A stretch of DNA of 64,000 nucleotides from Candidatus Saccharicenans sp. (GTDB lineage: Bacteria; Acidobacteriota; Aminicenantia; Aminicenantales; Saccharicenantaceae), in the NCBI GenBank assembly GCA_017992175.1, contig JAGOPD010000007.1:1164-65163 (forward strand), in the 5' to 3' direction. The stretch's first letter is position 1; each line of letters starts with the position of its first letter. Made by a program: the position numbers and the translations under genes. Positions 9,372 to 18,789 of this stretch are shown here, piece after piece. Under the pieces are notes generated by a model. That model worked only from the letters and a program-made list of their open reading frames with translations. It searched no databases and was not told where the DNA came from.

Positions 9372-10280
9372 ATGGCCCAAAGCAAGAGGTGGGTAAACTA
9401 TTTACTTTTCTTTTTGACAGTTATTTCCACCTATTTTGTTGGTTTCCTCTGGGCCATAAATTATGTCTATGCCGGGCAGGAAATTGATCAGGTGCCCGCT
9501 CTGATCAATATTAAAATCATCTTTAACCCGGTCCTGAACCGCTTGAGTCTGATTTATTCTTTTTCTCTCCTGGTAATTCTTCTCGGGCATGAACTCGGTC
9601 ATTATTTAACCTGCAAAAGATACCGGATCGAAGCTACCTTGCCTTACTTTATACCGGCTCCGACCTTAATCGGAACCCTGGGAGCTTTTATCCGGATCCA
9701 GTCGCCCCTGACCAGGCGGGATCAGTTATTTGATATCGGGGCTAATGGGCCTCTGGCCGGTTTCATTTTATCAGTGCCAGCTCTGTATTTTGGCCTGACC
9801 TTATCAAGGTTAACGCCGGCTTTAGTTGGCGAAGGAGCTATAGAATTTGGCGAGCCCTGGCTCCTCAAGGCCATGACCAGAATGATCTTCGGGCCGGTTC
9901 CAGACGGCCAGTCACTGATTTTACATCCGATGGCCATGGCTGCCTGGGTGGGTCTGCTGGTCACTTCTTTTAATCTTTTTCCTATCGGCCAGCTGGATGG
10001 AGGACATATATTTTATTCTCTCTTTGGAGATAGAGTCAGAAAAATATCTTATATCATTGTCGGCTTGCTGGCGATTATGGGAGTCTTTTACTGGGCCGGC
10101 TGGCTGATCTGGGCAGTTTTAGTTCTGGTCCTGGGGCTTAGACATCCGCCAGTGGCCTGGGAACCGGCCAGGCTATCTCTAAAAAGACAGATTATTGGTT
10201 TTTTAGTCTTAATTATCTTTTTAGTCTCTTTTATTCCAGCGCCGGTTACTGAGAGCGGACTGCTGGATCTCTTTAAATAG
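9372..10280 (+). CDS. site-2 protease family (M50) membrane metalloprotease
   Basis: Polytopic membrane protein with an HELGHY zinc motif and a downstream NLFPIGQLDGG motif. Confidence 0.8.
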   Translation: MAQSKRWVNYLLFFLTVISTYFVGFLWAINYVYAGQEIDQVPALINIKIIFNPVLNRLSLIYSFSLLVILLGHELGHYLTCKRYRIEATLPYFIPAPTLIGTLGAFIRIQSPLTRRDQLFDIGANGPLAGFILSVPALYFGLTLSRLTPALVGEGAIEFGEPWLLKAMTRMIFGPVPDGQSLILHPMAMAAWVGLLVTSFNLFPIGQLDGGHIFYSLFGDRVRKISYIIVGLLAIMGVFYWAGWLIWAVLVLVLGLRHPPVAWEPARLSLKRQIIGFLVLIIFLVSFIPAPVTESGLLDLFK

Positions 10281-10460
10281 GTTTTTAAAATCCACAATTT
10301 TTGTGGAAAAGCCTGTGCAAAATCGGTTAAAAGGCTGGCCAAGTTCTTTTGCTTTCAAATAGATACAACAACCTGCACAAAAGATCGTCATAAGTTTTCC
10401 GGGGTTGCAGCTTGCCAAGACAGGGTCAGAAGGTATAAATTTGAAGAGGCTAAAATTAAG

Positions 10461-11261
10461 ATGGTAGATAAGAGATTTCAGATAGTCGAAAGCAATTTTG
10501 AGCGGCTCCGCCAGAAATTCATCAGGGGCCAGCTCAGCCGTGAGCAATTTGCCGAATCTCTCAGAAAACTACGGTTGTTTGATGATCACGGCCGGTGCTG
10601 GATGCTGGGAGCTCAGAGCGGCCAGTGGTATTTCTATGACGGGAAAAAATGGGTAAAAGCTGAACCACCGGCGGATACCCGGGAGACCAGGTCCTGTCCG
10701 GTCTGCGGCTCTGAAAACGAGATTGAAGCGGAAGTTTGTTCAAGATGTCAATCTTCTCTGACTGAAGGACGGACGAAATTGGCCTGTCCTGAGTGCGGCC
10801 GGCTGCTGGCCGAAGGCCAGTCTGTTTGCCCTGCCTGCGGGGCGGCCGTCAGGACAGACGACAATCAGAATCAGGTCAAAGACCAGAGCCAGGAGGTAGC
10901 CGGCAAGAAAAGAAATGAAGAGACTGTCCTCTGGTACCTAAGCGCGGCTGATCCTCTAAGCTTTTTGTTATTTTTTGGCGGACTGGGCATTTTCCTTGGA
11001 ATTTTATTTGGTTTGATGGCAGGGGCGACAGGATTCTTACCAGGTCTGAAAGCCTGGCTGCCAACTGCTTTGCAGGAAATGCAGGGAAAGCTGGTTGGCA
11101 GCTTTGTTTTTAGTTTCCTGGGAGGCCTGCTTGGATTTCTAATCCTGGCGGCCGGCGGTTATGTTCTGGCTTTTTTGATCAATGCCTCAATTTATTTTTT
11201 GGGAGGCCCAGGTTTTAAGCTGCAAAGGGCCCGTCGCCATTCCCGGAACCAGCCATCCTGA
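10461..11261 (+). CDS. zinc-ribbon domain membrane protein, function unknown
   Basis: Three CxxC pairs (CPVCG..CSRC, CPECG..CPAC) followed by a Gly-rich multi-TM C-terminus. Confidence 0.6.
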   Translation: MVDKRFQIVESNFERLRQKFIRGQLSREQFAESLRKLRLFDDHGRCWMLGAQSGQWYFYDGKKWVKAEPPADTRETRSCPVCGSENEIEAEVCSRCQSSLTEGRTKLACPECGRLLAEGQSVCPACGAAVRTDDNQNQVKDQSQEVAGKKRNEETVLWYLSAADPLSFLLFFGGLGIFLGILFGLMAGATGFLPGLKAWLPTALQEMQGKLVGSFVFSFLGGLLGFLILAAGGYVLAFLINASIYFLGGPGFKLQRARRHSRNQPS

Positions 11262-11282
11262 AAGAAGCGGGAAAAAGATTAA

Positions 11283-13571
11283 TCACCTGGTGGTCAGGCC
11301 AAGACTGTAAGCTATCTGACCTAACGACAGCGATTCGTCGCCTGGAGAATAATAAACCGGACGTAAAACTTCAAATCTATTTTTCCTGAGCAGATCCTCT
11401 GTTTTTTGCAGTAAAATCCGGTTCAGGAAAACTCCTCCGGTCAGTACAATTTTATCCACGCCTTCTTCCTCCCTGGCTTGCCAGCAGACTTCCAAAATGG
11501 CCCTGGCTAAGGTGTTATGGAATTTAAGGGCTATGGTTCCAGGTTCGTGTCCCTGAATTAATTCTTCTATTATCTCTTTTATGGTTGGAGCAAAATCGAG
11601 GCGGTAGGGCAGCTTATCTTTCAAAAACAAATAAGGGTAAGCCCGGGAAGTTGGGCGAGCCAGGGCAGCGGCTGTCTCCAGGCTAACCGGGGCCTGAGCC
11701 TCAAATTCTATTCTTTCTGGAGACAACCCGGCTAAATAAGAAACGGCATCAAACAGCCGGCCGGCACTTGAAGTCAGGGGAGTGTTTATCCTTTTGTCAA
11801 TTAGTTGTCTGACTGCTTGTTTCTTTCTGGCTGAAATTGGTTCCAGCGATTTTACCGGGGGGTAGTCTGGGCCGGCAGCCTTGAGGAGGAAGGACAGGGC
11901 CATTCGCCACGGTTCTCTAACAGCCGCGTCTCCTCCCGGAAGCGGGACATAGTCCAGCTGGGCATACCTTTTATAGCCAGTGTAACCGGCCAGAAGGAAT
12001 TCGCCGCCCCAGGCCTGGCCGTCATCTCCGTAGCCATAACCGTCAAAGCTAACACCGAGAACCCTGACTGGCGGCGGCAGTTGATGTTCAAGCAGTGGAG
12101 CCAGGACATGGGCAAAATGATGCTGAAGCAAAAAATGGGGAAGGCCAGTTGAGCGGGCGTAAGCGGTGCTTCTGAAATCAGGCTGCAGGTCGCTGACGAT
12201 CAGATCAGGTTTGAAATCAAACAGCTTTTTAAAATGGTCAATGGTCTCGAGAAAGTAGCCAAAATTCTGATAATCGTCGAGATCACCCAGAAACTGGGAG
12301 GTAATGACATAACCATCTTTATAAATGGAAACTGTATTTTTGAGCTCACCGCCGACGGCCAGAACCCTGGCTTTTGATTTCAGGCTGCCGGGAACGTTCT
12401 GGGGAAAAGGCACAAAGCCTCTGGCCCGCCGGGAAAAAACGGGTTTGGACCTGACGACTTCGAGGACAGAATCGTCGGCCCTCATGGCTATTTCCCGGTT
12501 GTGAGTCAGAATAAAATCGCTTAGCTCAGGCCCGATCTCTGAGTCGTCCTTGATAATGGGTGCATCTTTTCTATTGGAGCTGGTGGCTACAATCACCCTG
12601 AGTTCCTGGAGCAAAAGATGGTGAAGAGGAGTATAGGGCAGCATAAAACCAAGAGTGTCTGCTTGCGGCGCCAGGCCGGGAATATCTTTCTTTTTTCTTA
12701 ACAGAACTATTGGCCGGCGGGAGGAGGTCAGCCAATCTTTCTCAGCCCGGCTGAGAAAAGCATATTCAGAGACCGTTTCTAAGTCCTTGGCCATCAGAGC
12801 TAAAGGTTTGACTTTTCTCTGCTTGATCTTTCGCAGCCGCCTGACCGCTTGAAAGTTAAATGGATCACAAATCAAATGGAATCCACCCAGGCCTTTAACC
12901 GCTAAGATTTTTCCCTGCTTGACCAGGCGGATAGCAGAAGTTAGCGGCTCACTCACCGGTTTTCTCGTTCGGGCTTCAAGCAAAACCAGCTGTGGCCCGC
13001 AGACCGGGCAGGCAATGGGCTGAGCATGGTAACGCCGGTCAAGCGGATTTTCATATTCATGCAGGCAGTCGGGGCACATCTTAAAGCCAGCCATGGTGGT
13101 GCTTTCCCGGTCATAGGGCAGCTTGTTGACAATCGTGTAGCGGGGACCGCAATTGGTGCAATTGGTGAAGGGATAATGGTAGCGTCTTTCTCCTGGAGTC
13201 TCTATCTCTTTAAGGCAGTCAGGGCAGGTGGCAATATCGGGTGAAATAAAAACAAAAGATTCTCCGGCGACTGTCCGGTCAATCGAGAATTTATTTCGCC
13301 CTTCCGGTTCAACTTCCAGCCAGTCCAGGCTTTCAACTCTGGCCAGCGGCGGCAATTCATTTTTGAAGGCCTGAAGGAAACGGTCGAAATCAACCGGGCT
13401 GCCTTCGAGATAAATCTCTACTCCCTGACCAACATTCTTGACATAACCATGAAAATTGAGCCTGGTGGCCAGACGGTAAATAAATGGCCGGAAACCTACT
13501 CCCTGGACCGTGCCCCTGACCAGTAGCCGGTAGGCTTTTAACGATCCGGTTTTAACCTCTGGCCTGGGCAT
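11283..13571 (-). CDS. hypF: [NiFe]-hydrogenase maturation carbamoyltransferase HypF
   Basis: 762 aa with an acylphosphatase-like N-terminus (VRGTVQGVGFRPF), two CxxC-x18-CxxC zinc fingers, and YrdC-like and Kae1-like C-terminal domains. Confidence 0.95.
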   Translation of the reverse strand: MPRPEVKTGSLKAYRLLVRGTVQGVGFRPFIYRLATRLNFHGYVKNVGQGVEIYLEGSPVDFDRFLQAFKNELPPLARVESLDWLEVEPEGRNKFSIDRTVAGESFVFISPDIATCPDCLKEIETPGERRYHYPFTNCTNCGPRYTIVNKLPYDRESTTMAGFKMCPDCLHEYENPLDRRYHAQPIACPVCGPQLVLLEARTRKPVSEPLTSAIRLVKQGKILAVKGLGGFHLICDPFNFQAVRRLRKIKQRKVKPLALMAKDLETVSEYAFLSRAEKDWLTSSRRPIVLLRKKKDIPGLAPQADTLGFMLPYTPLHHLLLQELRVIVATSSNRKDAPIIKDDSEIGPELSDFILTHNREIAMRADDSVLEVVRSKPVFSRRARGFVPFPQNVPGSLKSKARVLAVGGELKNTVSIYKDGYVITSQFLGDLDDYQNFGYFLETIDHFKKLFDFKPDLIVSDLQPDFRSTAYARSTGLPHFLLQHHFAHVLAPLLEHQLPPPVRVLGVSFDGYGYGDDGQAWGGEFLLAGYTGYKRYAQLDYVPLPGGDAAVREPWRMALSFLLKAAGPDYPPVKSLEPISARKKQAVRQLIDKRINTPLTSSAGRLFDAVSYLAGLSPERIEFEAQAPVSLETAAALARPTSRAYPYLFLKDKLPYRLDFAPTIKEIIEELIQGHEPGTIALKFHNTLARAILEVCWQAREEEGVDKIVLTGGVFLNRILLQKTEDLLRKNRFEVLRPVYYSPGDESLSLGQIAYSLGLTTR

Positions 13572-13574
13572 ATC

Positions 13575-14120
13575 CTACCTGGCCTTCCGGCTATAGAGAC
13601 AACCGCAATAGTTCTGCCGGTAAAGTCCAAAAGCCTGGCTCATAGCTACGCTTTTTCTAAATCCGTCTTTTTTCTTAAAATTGGCTTCCAGGAATTCAAG
13701 GCGAAATTTTCTGGCCGTCAGCCGGCCGATGCGGTTCAAAACCTCGGCACTTTTCCAGGGGCTAATACTCATGATGGTGGTAAAGAGGGGAAAGCCCAGC
13801 TCCTTAGCCAGCCGGGCGGTGGCCTGAAGCCGCCAGGCATAACAAATATGGCATCTTCGTCCTTTTTCAGGTTCATCTTTGAATTTTTCTGTTAATTGTA
13901 GCCAGCGGTCCGGGTCATATTTTCCCTCAATTAACTTAAAGCCGAGATGGCTGGCTACCCGGCGGGTTTCCCTAAGCCTGAGATCATATTCTTCCTCAGG
14001 GTGAATATTGGGGTTATAGAAAAATCCGGTTACCTGGTAGCTGGCTTGAAGGAGGCCAACAACATAGAGAGCATCCGGAGCACAGCACAGATGAGCCAGA
14101 ATTACGGGCTGATCATTCAT
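13575..14120 (-). CDS. queH: epoxyqueuosine reductase QueH (DUF208)
   Basis: 181 aa with the CCAPD motif near the N-terminus and conserved C-terminal Cys residues (NYCGCLYS). Confidence 0.8.
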   Translation of the reverse strand: MNDQPVILAHLCCAPDALYVVGLLQASYQVTGFFYNPNIHPEEEYDLRLRETRRVASHLGFKLIEGKYDPDRWLQLTEKFKDEPEKGRRCHICYAWRLQATARLAKELGFPLFTTIMSISPWKSAEVLNRIGRLTARKFRLEFLEANFKKKDGFRKSVAMSQAFGLYRQNYCGCLYSRKAR

Positions 14121-14129
14121 ACAGCTATT

Positions 14130-14648
14130 TTAGCCTTTTTCTAACTCTTTTTTGAGGATTTTGATTCTTCTTTCAGTCTGATCTATCCGGGAATAATAAA
14201 TAGCTAAGGCTTTTATCTCCGGTCTGATTTTATTAATAATCAAGCCAATAGCCTGATAAGACGGTTCCAGTTGAGACCTGGCCAGTTCGCAGCCGGCTTC
14301 TCCAAACTTTTCTTTCATTTCTTCCAGAGAGTTTAGTTCAGAAGCTGCCTGGCTTAGATCTTTGAGTTCAGGCCAGGCTGAAGTTCCCTGCTGACCAAGC
14401 TGGATTAAAAGTTTGTTCTTTTTTTTCTCCTGGCGGCGGAGAAAAGCTTCCAGCCAGAATTTCATGAATTTTTTTTTGTAAGCTAAAAAAATATTATTAA
14501 TTTTATTCCTTAAATCCTTATTATGAAGAAAAGCTAAAAAGAGGAGAAGGAGAACAGCGCAAAAGATAATATAAAAAATCCAGACAGGCAGGCCTTCTTT
14601 CGGGCCGTCAGCGGCAGGCATGAGATAGCCCGCTGGTAATTCATTCAA
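14130..14648 (-). CDS. membrane-anchored coiled-coil protein, function unknown
   Basis: 172 aa with one TM helix (VWIFYIIFCAVLLLLFLAFL) and a charged helical remainder. Its start overlaps the stop of the M14 gene by 4 nt. Confidence 0.5.
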   Translation of the reverse strand: MNELPAGYLMPAADGPKEGLPVWIFYIIFCAVLLLLFLAFLHNKDLRNKINNIFLAYKKKFMKFWLEAFLRRQEKKKNKLLIQLGQQGTSAWPELKDLSQAASELNSLEEMKEKFGEAGCELARSQLEPSYQAIGLIINKIRPEIKALAIYYSRIDQTERRIKILKKELEKG

Positions 14649-15802
14649 TTGCTGCCCTCCTGGCCGGTCAATTTCACCCGCTTATTTTTTATGTTATTTC
14701 CGGGGCTCTTTTCAAGCTGATTTTTCCTTTCCGGGCTTAATTGCCCTTCCTGGTAGTTATGGGTTGAAATGGCCCAGTCGAGAAGATAAAGGGCTGCCGG
14801 CAGGTTTTCGGCGGCAATACTCTGAATGTCCTGCTCAGAATTGAAAAAGCCTCCTGCCTGGAGATCGACAGGCGGAAGTTCGATGGTCAGGGCAGGGATA
14901 TCGAAAAGGCCATAGACCCAGTCTATAAAATCTCCATTGGTTAGGTAGGCAGAAGAGGAGCGGGCAGTCTGGTAAATACGGCCATTGACCTGGCTGATCA
15001 AGCTGGCCAGCTCAGAGGCTAACTGCTGGAATAATGACTCCTGGCCGGCCGGCAGGTCGGCATAGCTCCAGGGATAAAGGATAGTCTGAGAGAAACTGTG
15101 ATAAGAAATGACCGCGGAAAAATTGACATTAAAAAACAAGTCTCTGATGGCTGAAGTTTCCGGTTCGGAGAAGGGCTGCTCTCCGCGGTAAGTTTCAGAG
15201 GAAGGAAGAGGACTTGACCCCAGGTCATCAGCTCCCCAGCAGAATGAATAATTCCGGTTCAAATCAACTCCGAATGAGCCGTTGTCGTTTAAGCGGCGGT
15301 TCTTCCGCCAGAGGCGGTAATTCAAAATGGAATAATCAAGACCGTCCGGATTAACCAGGGGTATGATCCAGATTTCTGACGAGTTGACTATGGCTTTGAC
15401 CCGCTCATCATTCTCGTAATTTCTTATTAAATAATTGGCTATCTCAAGAGGAACTTCAACCGAGATCCACTCCCGGGCATGATGGCAGCCCAGAAAAGCC
15501 ACTTTCGGCTCATTTTCCCGCTGGCCAGGATGGTCACTTATTTTTAAGGCATAGATGTTCCTTTTTTCCAGGCTCTGTCCCAGACTGGACAGCCGGGCAA
15601 TTGATGGATTGGCAGAAGCCAGCTGCTTTAATTCTGACTCAAGCTCGCCATAAGAATGATAAGCTCCATTGAGGCTGCCCAGCCGGCTGAAGCGGCTGGC
15701 TCTGGTCTGGCCACTGACGGCCTGGTTTAAAATTGATAAAGAGAAAAATAGAATAAAAATTCCAAAAACTGTTCTGTTTGTCCGGGCAGGTAAGCTGAAA
15801 AT
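14645..15802 (-). CDS. secreted M14-family zinc carboxypeptidase (start extended to ATT at 15802)
   Basis: Zinc motif HHAREW and the NPDG and NRN motifs are present. The same frame stays open 100 codons upstream of the track's GTG. That extension encodes a signal peptide and the conserved YHSYGELESELKQLA...L.SLGQS.EKRNIYALKIS M14 N-terminus. Confidence 0.75.
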   Translation of the reverse strand: MFSLPARTNRTVFGIFILFFSLSILNQAVSGQTRASRFSRLGSLNGAYHSYGELESELKQLASANPSIARLSSLGQSLEKRNIYALKISDHPGQRENEPKVAFLGCHHAREWISVEVPLEIANYLIRNYENDERVKAIVNSSEIWIIPLVNPDGLDYSILNYRLWRKNRRLNDNGSFGVDLNRNYSFCWGADDLGSSPLPSSETYRGEQPFSEPETSAIRDLFFNVNFSAVISYHSFSQTILYPWSYADLPAGQESLFQQLASELASLISQVNGRIYQTARSSSAYLTNGDFIDWVYGLFDIPALTIELPPVDLQAGGFFNSEQDIQSIAAENLPAALYLLDWAISTHNYQEGQLSPERKNQLEKSPGNNIKNKRVKLTGQEGSN

Positions 15803-15804
15803 TT

Positions 15805-17085
15805 TTACCTCCTGGCTTTTGATTTATAAATTTCGGCTGGATTAAGATCAAAGGTGACAGCGATTTTTTGATTCTTCAGATGATGTCCGGAGCCATGTTC
15901 GAAACCAATAGCCGTAGAAAATGACAGGACAAAATGATCATTGCCCAGGCCAGAACCGAAAGTCAAATAGTAATAGGTTGAGCTGATATCCTTCATCGGC
16001 TGGGGATCAACCCTCAGGCCCACATAATAGGGTGTTTTCCACCGCTGGCCCCGAAAATTAATTTCAGTCTGGGCCTCAAGGCCAGCGCCCAGGTCGAAAA
16101 TTGCCCGGAAATTGCGTTTCAGGTTTTGACCAAAGTAAGAATAAGAATAATGGTTCCAGGCAAAATATCTCGACTCGAGACAGAGGTTAAGATTATCTTT
16201 AAGTTTATACCTAAGACCGGCGCCCATGACCAGCGGCCGGCTGGCTCTATCCCCGGCTTCATCTTCTAAGCTGATTTCGGTTTCGGCTGAAGAGTAGCTT
16301 AAAAAACTTTTGCTTTTTATCTTTCTCTGGTAGGGGGGAGTGAAACTAAGGCCCAGACTCAGGCGGGAGCTGGCCACATATTCCAGGCCAACGACCGGAT
16401 AAAAACCGGTTATTTTTTGCCGGCGGCTGTCAGTCATAGAGGTGCCGTTCTGAGGCCAGTCTTCCTCCAGTTCTCTTTCTATTTTACCGGTCAAAAAGAC
16501 AAGGCTTAAGCCCAAACTCAGTCTGGCCTTAAATTTTCTGGCCAGAGCCAGGCTGAAAGCCATCAGCTGCCCCGACTGCTTCAACTGCAGCCGGTCATAA
16601 AGAACTTCATTTTCAACATAACGGTAATCAATCGAAGGCCGGCCATAATTTTCAGTTTGAGCCCAGGCCACGGCCAGGCTGAATTTACCCAGACTATAGT
16701 TAAAGCCCAGGTAATTAATTTCCAAACCGCGATAGGTGAGATTGGAATCGGTAGAAATAACTCCAGTATTTACCAGCCAGAAGTCAAAAATCTGAGTTTG
16801 ATTGAAGCCGGAATTGATGGTTAGCCTGCCCGGTTTAAGCGAGCTCAGAAGAGCCGGATTAGAAAATATAGCCTGGCTGTTTTGAGCTAAAGTTAGCTGG
16901 GAAAACCCTCTTCCCAGAGAAGCGGCTGAGTCAAGTCCAAACTGATTCCAGCTGCCGAGCGGGCTTTCTTCTAAATACTGGCCGGTTGGAAGCTGGGCCT
17001 GTAGCCAGCGCTCCTGGCTCAGGCCAAAGATTAGTAATAAAGCAAAAAGTTTAACCAGACAGGCTGGCCGGGAGCATCTTTTCAT
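15805..17085 (-). CDS. putative outer-membrane beta-barrel protein
   Basis: Signal peptide, alternating hydrophobic beta-strand pattern, and an aromatic-rich C-terminal region. Family not assigned. Confidence 0.55.
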   Translation of the reverse strand: MKRCSRPACLVKLFALLLIFGLSQERWLQAQLPTGQYLEESPLGSWNQFGLDSAASLGRGFSQLTLAQNSQAIFSNPALLSSLKPGRLTINSGFNQTQIFDFWLVNTGVISTDSNLTYRGLEINYLGFNYSLGKFSLAVAWAQTENYGRPSIDYRYVENEVLYDRLQLKQSGQLMAFSLALARKFKARLSLGLSLVFLTGKIERELEEDWPQNGTSMTDSRRQKITGFYPVVGLEYVASSRLSLGLSFTPPYQRKIKSKSFLSYSSAETEISLEDEAGDRASRPLVMGAGLRYKLKDNLNLCLESRYFAWNHYSYSYFGQNLKRNFRAIFDLGAGLEAQTEINFRGQRWKTPYYVGLRVDPQPMKDISSTYYYLTFGSGLGNDHFVLSFSTAIGFEHGSGHHLKNQKIAVTFDLNPAEIYKSKARR

Positions 17086-17181
17086 TGGACCTTAACTTAA
17101 AAATTCTAACACCATCGTCTTTATTTTTAAAATAAAAAAAGGTATGATAAAAAAAATTTCAGGGTGTTTAAGGGTATTTCG

Positions 17182-18174
17182 ATGATTAAAAAGAACAGGC
17201 GGATTAAAATCAGAAGCACCGGAGTTTATCTCCCGGATAAGGTCTTGACCAATGCCGACCTGGAAAAGATAGTTGAGACCTCCGATGAATGGATTACCAC
17301 CAGAACCGGCATCAAAGAGAGAAGGATAGCGGCCAAAGAACAGGTTACCTCCGATCTGGCCGAGAAGGCAGCCAAAATGGCCCTGGAGCGAGCTGGCCTA
17401 AAAGCAGAAGATATTGATTTAATTCTGGTAGCTACCAACACCCCGGATACAATTTTTCCGGCAACAGCCTGCTGGCTGCAGAAAAAGCTGGGTATTAAAG
17501 AGACTCCTGCTTTTGATCTTGAAGCTGGTTGCAGTGGCTTCCTTTATGGCCTGATTGTGTCCGAGGGCTTGATTCTGGGTGGAGTAGCCCGCCGGATTTT
17601 ACTGGTGGGCGTAGATATTCTGTCCAAGGTCACCAACTGGGAAGACCGGGGGACCTGTGTCCTTTTCGGTGATGGAGCCGGGGCTTTTATTTTAGAGGAA
17701 AGTCAGGATGAGTCTGGCTTGATTTCGCATTTCTGGGGAGCTGACGGCTCACTGGCTGAACTGCTGATTTTGCCTGGTGGTGGAACTCTTCATCCAGGCA
17801 GTGAAAAAACTGTCGAAAAAAAGCTTCACTATATTACCATGAAGGGCAATGAGGTTTTTAAACATGCAGTCAAAAGGATGGGTGAGGCTGCCCTGGAGGC
17901 TTTAAAGCAGGCTGGCCTGGGAAAAGACCAGGTTGATTATTTAATTCCCCACCAGGCTAATCTGAGGATTATTGATGCCACCGGAGAAAGGCTTAATCTC
18001 TCTAAAGACAAAATCGTCGTCAATATTCATAAATATGGCAATATGTCAGTCGCCACCATTCCGGTCGCTTTACATGAGTTAATAGAAGAAGGCCGGCTTC
18101 AACCGGGTAAAATTATTGTCATGGTGGCTTTTGGCGCCGGCTTTACCTGGGCCTCAGCGGTCTATCGCTGGTAA
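17182..18174 (+). CDS. fabH: 3-oxoacyl-ACP synthase III
   Basis: Motifs TNADLEKIVETSDEWI, active-site AGCSGF, HQAN and GNMS. The ATG at 17182 aligns with the canonical FabH N-terminus; the track ORF starts at GTG 17164. Confidence 0.9.
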   Translation: MIKKNRRIKIRSTGVYLPDKVLTNADLEKIVETSDEWITTRTGIKERRIAAKEQVTSDLAEKAAKMALERAGLKAEDIDLILVATNTPDTIFPATACWLQKKLGIKETPAFDLEAGCSGFLYGLIVSEGLILGGVARRILLVGVDILSKVTNWEDRGTCVLFGDGAGAFILEESQDESGLISHFWGADGSLAELLILPGGGTLHPGSEKTVEKKLHYITMKGNEVFKHAVKRMGEAALEALKQAGLGKDQVDYLIPHQANLRIIDATGERLNLSKDKIVVNIHKYGNMSVATIPVALHELIEEGRLQPGKIIVMVAFGAGFTWASAVYRW

Positions 18175-18201
18175 GTCTTCCGAAGCTAAAGACTGGCTAA
18201 C

Positions 18202-18726
18202 TTATTCCTGATTCAGCTCTTCAAACTTCTTGATAAGGTCAGCTTTTTCCAGTTTCCCGACATGGCGGTAGCGGATATTGCCTTTCTTATCAATGAAGAT
18301 GGAGGTTGGTATATATTGACCGGGCTTAAAGGCATTGACGATATCTTTCCCGACGAGTGACACTGGATAATTCATTTTGGCTTCATCCACAAATTTCTTC
18401 AGTTCGGCTTCAGACAGATCATCAACTGAAAAGCCCAGTATTTCGAGCCCTTTATCTTTTAGCTCTGAATAAGCCTCGATAAAATCTGGAATTTCAGCCC
18501 GGCAAGGTGGACACCAGGTCGCCCAGAAATTGACCAGAATCACCTTACCGGCTAAAGAAGATAAACTCAATTGCTGTCCGGCAAGGGACGTGACCTCAAA
18601 AGAAGGAGCCGGCTCAGCTGAAGCCGAAGGCGAAGTTCCTCCACCAGCGGGTGCTTCAGATTTATGGCAACCATAGGCGGCCAGCAGTGTTACCACCATG
18701 AGCAGGGCCAGTAAACTTTTCTTCAT
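18202..18726 (-). CDS. TlpA/ResA-like thiol-disulfide oxidoreductase lipoprotein
   Basis: Signal peptide with lipobox (LLAAYGC) and a thioredoxin-fold WCPPC active site. Confidence 0.85.
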   Translation of the reverse strand: MKKSLLALLMVVTLLAAYGCHKSEAPAGGGTSPSASAEPAPSFEVTSLAGQQLSLSSLAGKVILVNFWATWCPPCRAEIPDFIEAYSELKDKGLEILGFSVDDLSEAELKKFVDEAKMNYPVSLVGKDIVNAFKPGQYIPTSIFIDKKGNIRYRHVGKLEKADLIKKFEELNQE

Positions 18727-18789
18727 TCTTATTCTCCTTTTTAATTAATCAAAATATCTTAAGCCAGCTAAGTAATGTCCGCTATCGGT

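Noticed and set aside
15639-15851. A 70-aa ATG-initiated ORF overlapping the region upstream of the M14 peptidase.
   Set aside because: It is in a different frame from the peptidase and its product has no signal peptide or domain features. The peptidase frame itself encodes the conserved M14 N-terminal subdomain across the same nucleotides.
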